From Tubiluchus corallicola (taxonomy: Eukaryota > Animalia > Priapulida): a stretch of DNA of 64,000 bases. The stretch's first letter is position 1, and each line of letters starts with the position of its first letter. The DNA is taken from contig JAQGDQ010000569.1 in NCBI GenBank assembly GCA_030141605.1, positions 1 to 64,000 of the forward strand, in the 5' to 3' direction. The notes under the pieces are model-generated. The model made no database searches, was not told where the DNA came from, and saw only the letters and a list, made by a program, of their open reading frames with translations. The translations under genes and the position numbers were made by a program. This document shows positions 63,757-64,000 of this stretch, in pieces.

Positions 63757-64000
63757 CAAACCTTTTGGGAAATCAGGCTTATTTAAATATTCTCGAGAAA
63801 TGTTAGAAGGACCAAGCCTTCGGGGAAGCTAGGCCTATTTAAAAATTCTCGAGAAATGTTAGAAGGACCAAGCCTTTGGAGTAGCTAGGCCTATTTAAAA
63901 ATTCTCGAGAAATGTTAGAAAGACCAAGCATTTGTATTTAAAAATTCTCAAGAAATGTTAGAAGGACCAAGCCTTCGGAGAAGCTAGGCTTATTTAAAAA
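63757..64000. repeat. ~57-bp intronic tandem repeat running off the window
   Basis: TATTTAAAAATTCTCGAGAAATGTTAGAAGGACCAAGCCTT.. occurs 4 times. Confidence 0.9.

Overview
Repeat-rich, AT-rich animal (invertebrate-like) nuclear DNA with GT-AG introns. It is not prokaryotic and holds no CRISPR array. I reconstructed these genes by hand: (1) a minus-strand exon with 10 near-identical C2H2 zinc fingers (3558-4457); (2) an orphan C-type lectin exon fragment (~9820-9990); (3) a 16-coding-exon, ~708-aa cadherin-related type I membrane protein (16616-41631) with signal peptide, ~5 EC repeats, TM helix and a C-terminal PDZ-type motif, whose introns carry five tandem arrays and many MITEs, a SINE and a solo LTR; (4) three tandem intronless cadherin-like paralogues (one pseudogene, two open ORFs) whose cytoplasmic tails were each truncated by a different lesion; (5) a two-exon LRR/LRRCT-like TM protein with a repeat-built tail (57294-59959); (6) the first two exons of an RRM (hnRNP A/B/D-like) gene at the right edge. 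The most notable items are the diversifying receptor cluster, a minisatellite-like zinc-finger array, a 5S-rRNA-headed SINE with an RTE-like tail, a CRE-site satellite showing CpG decay, and a satellite derived from a MITE interior. All calls come from manual reading; no database searches were run.
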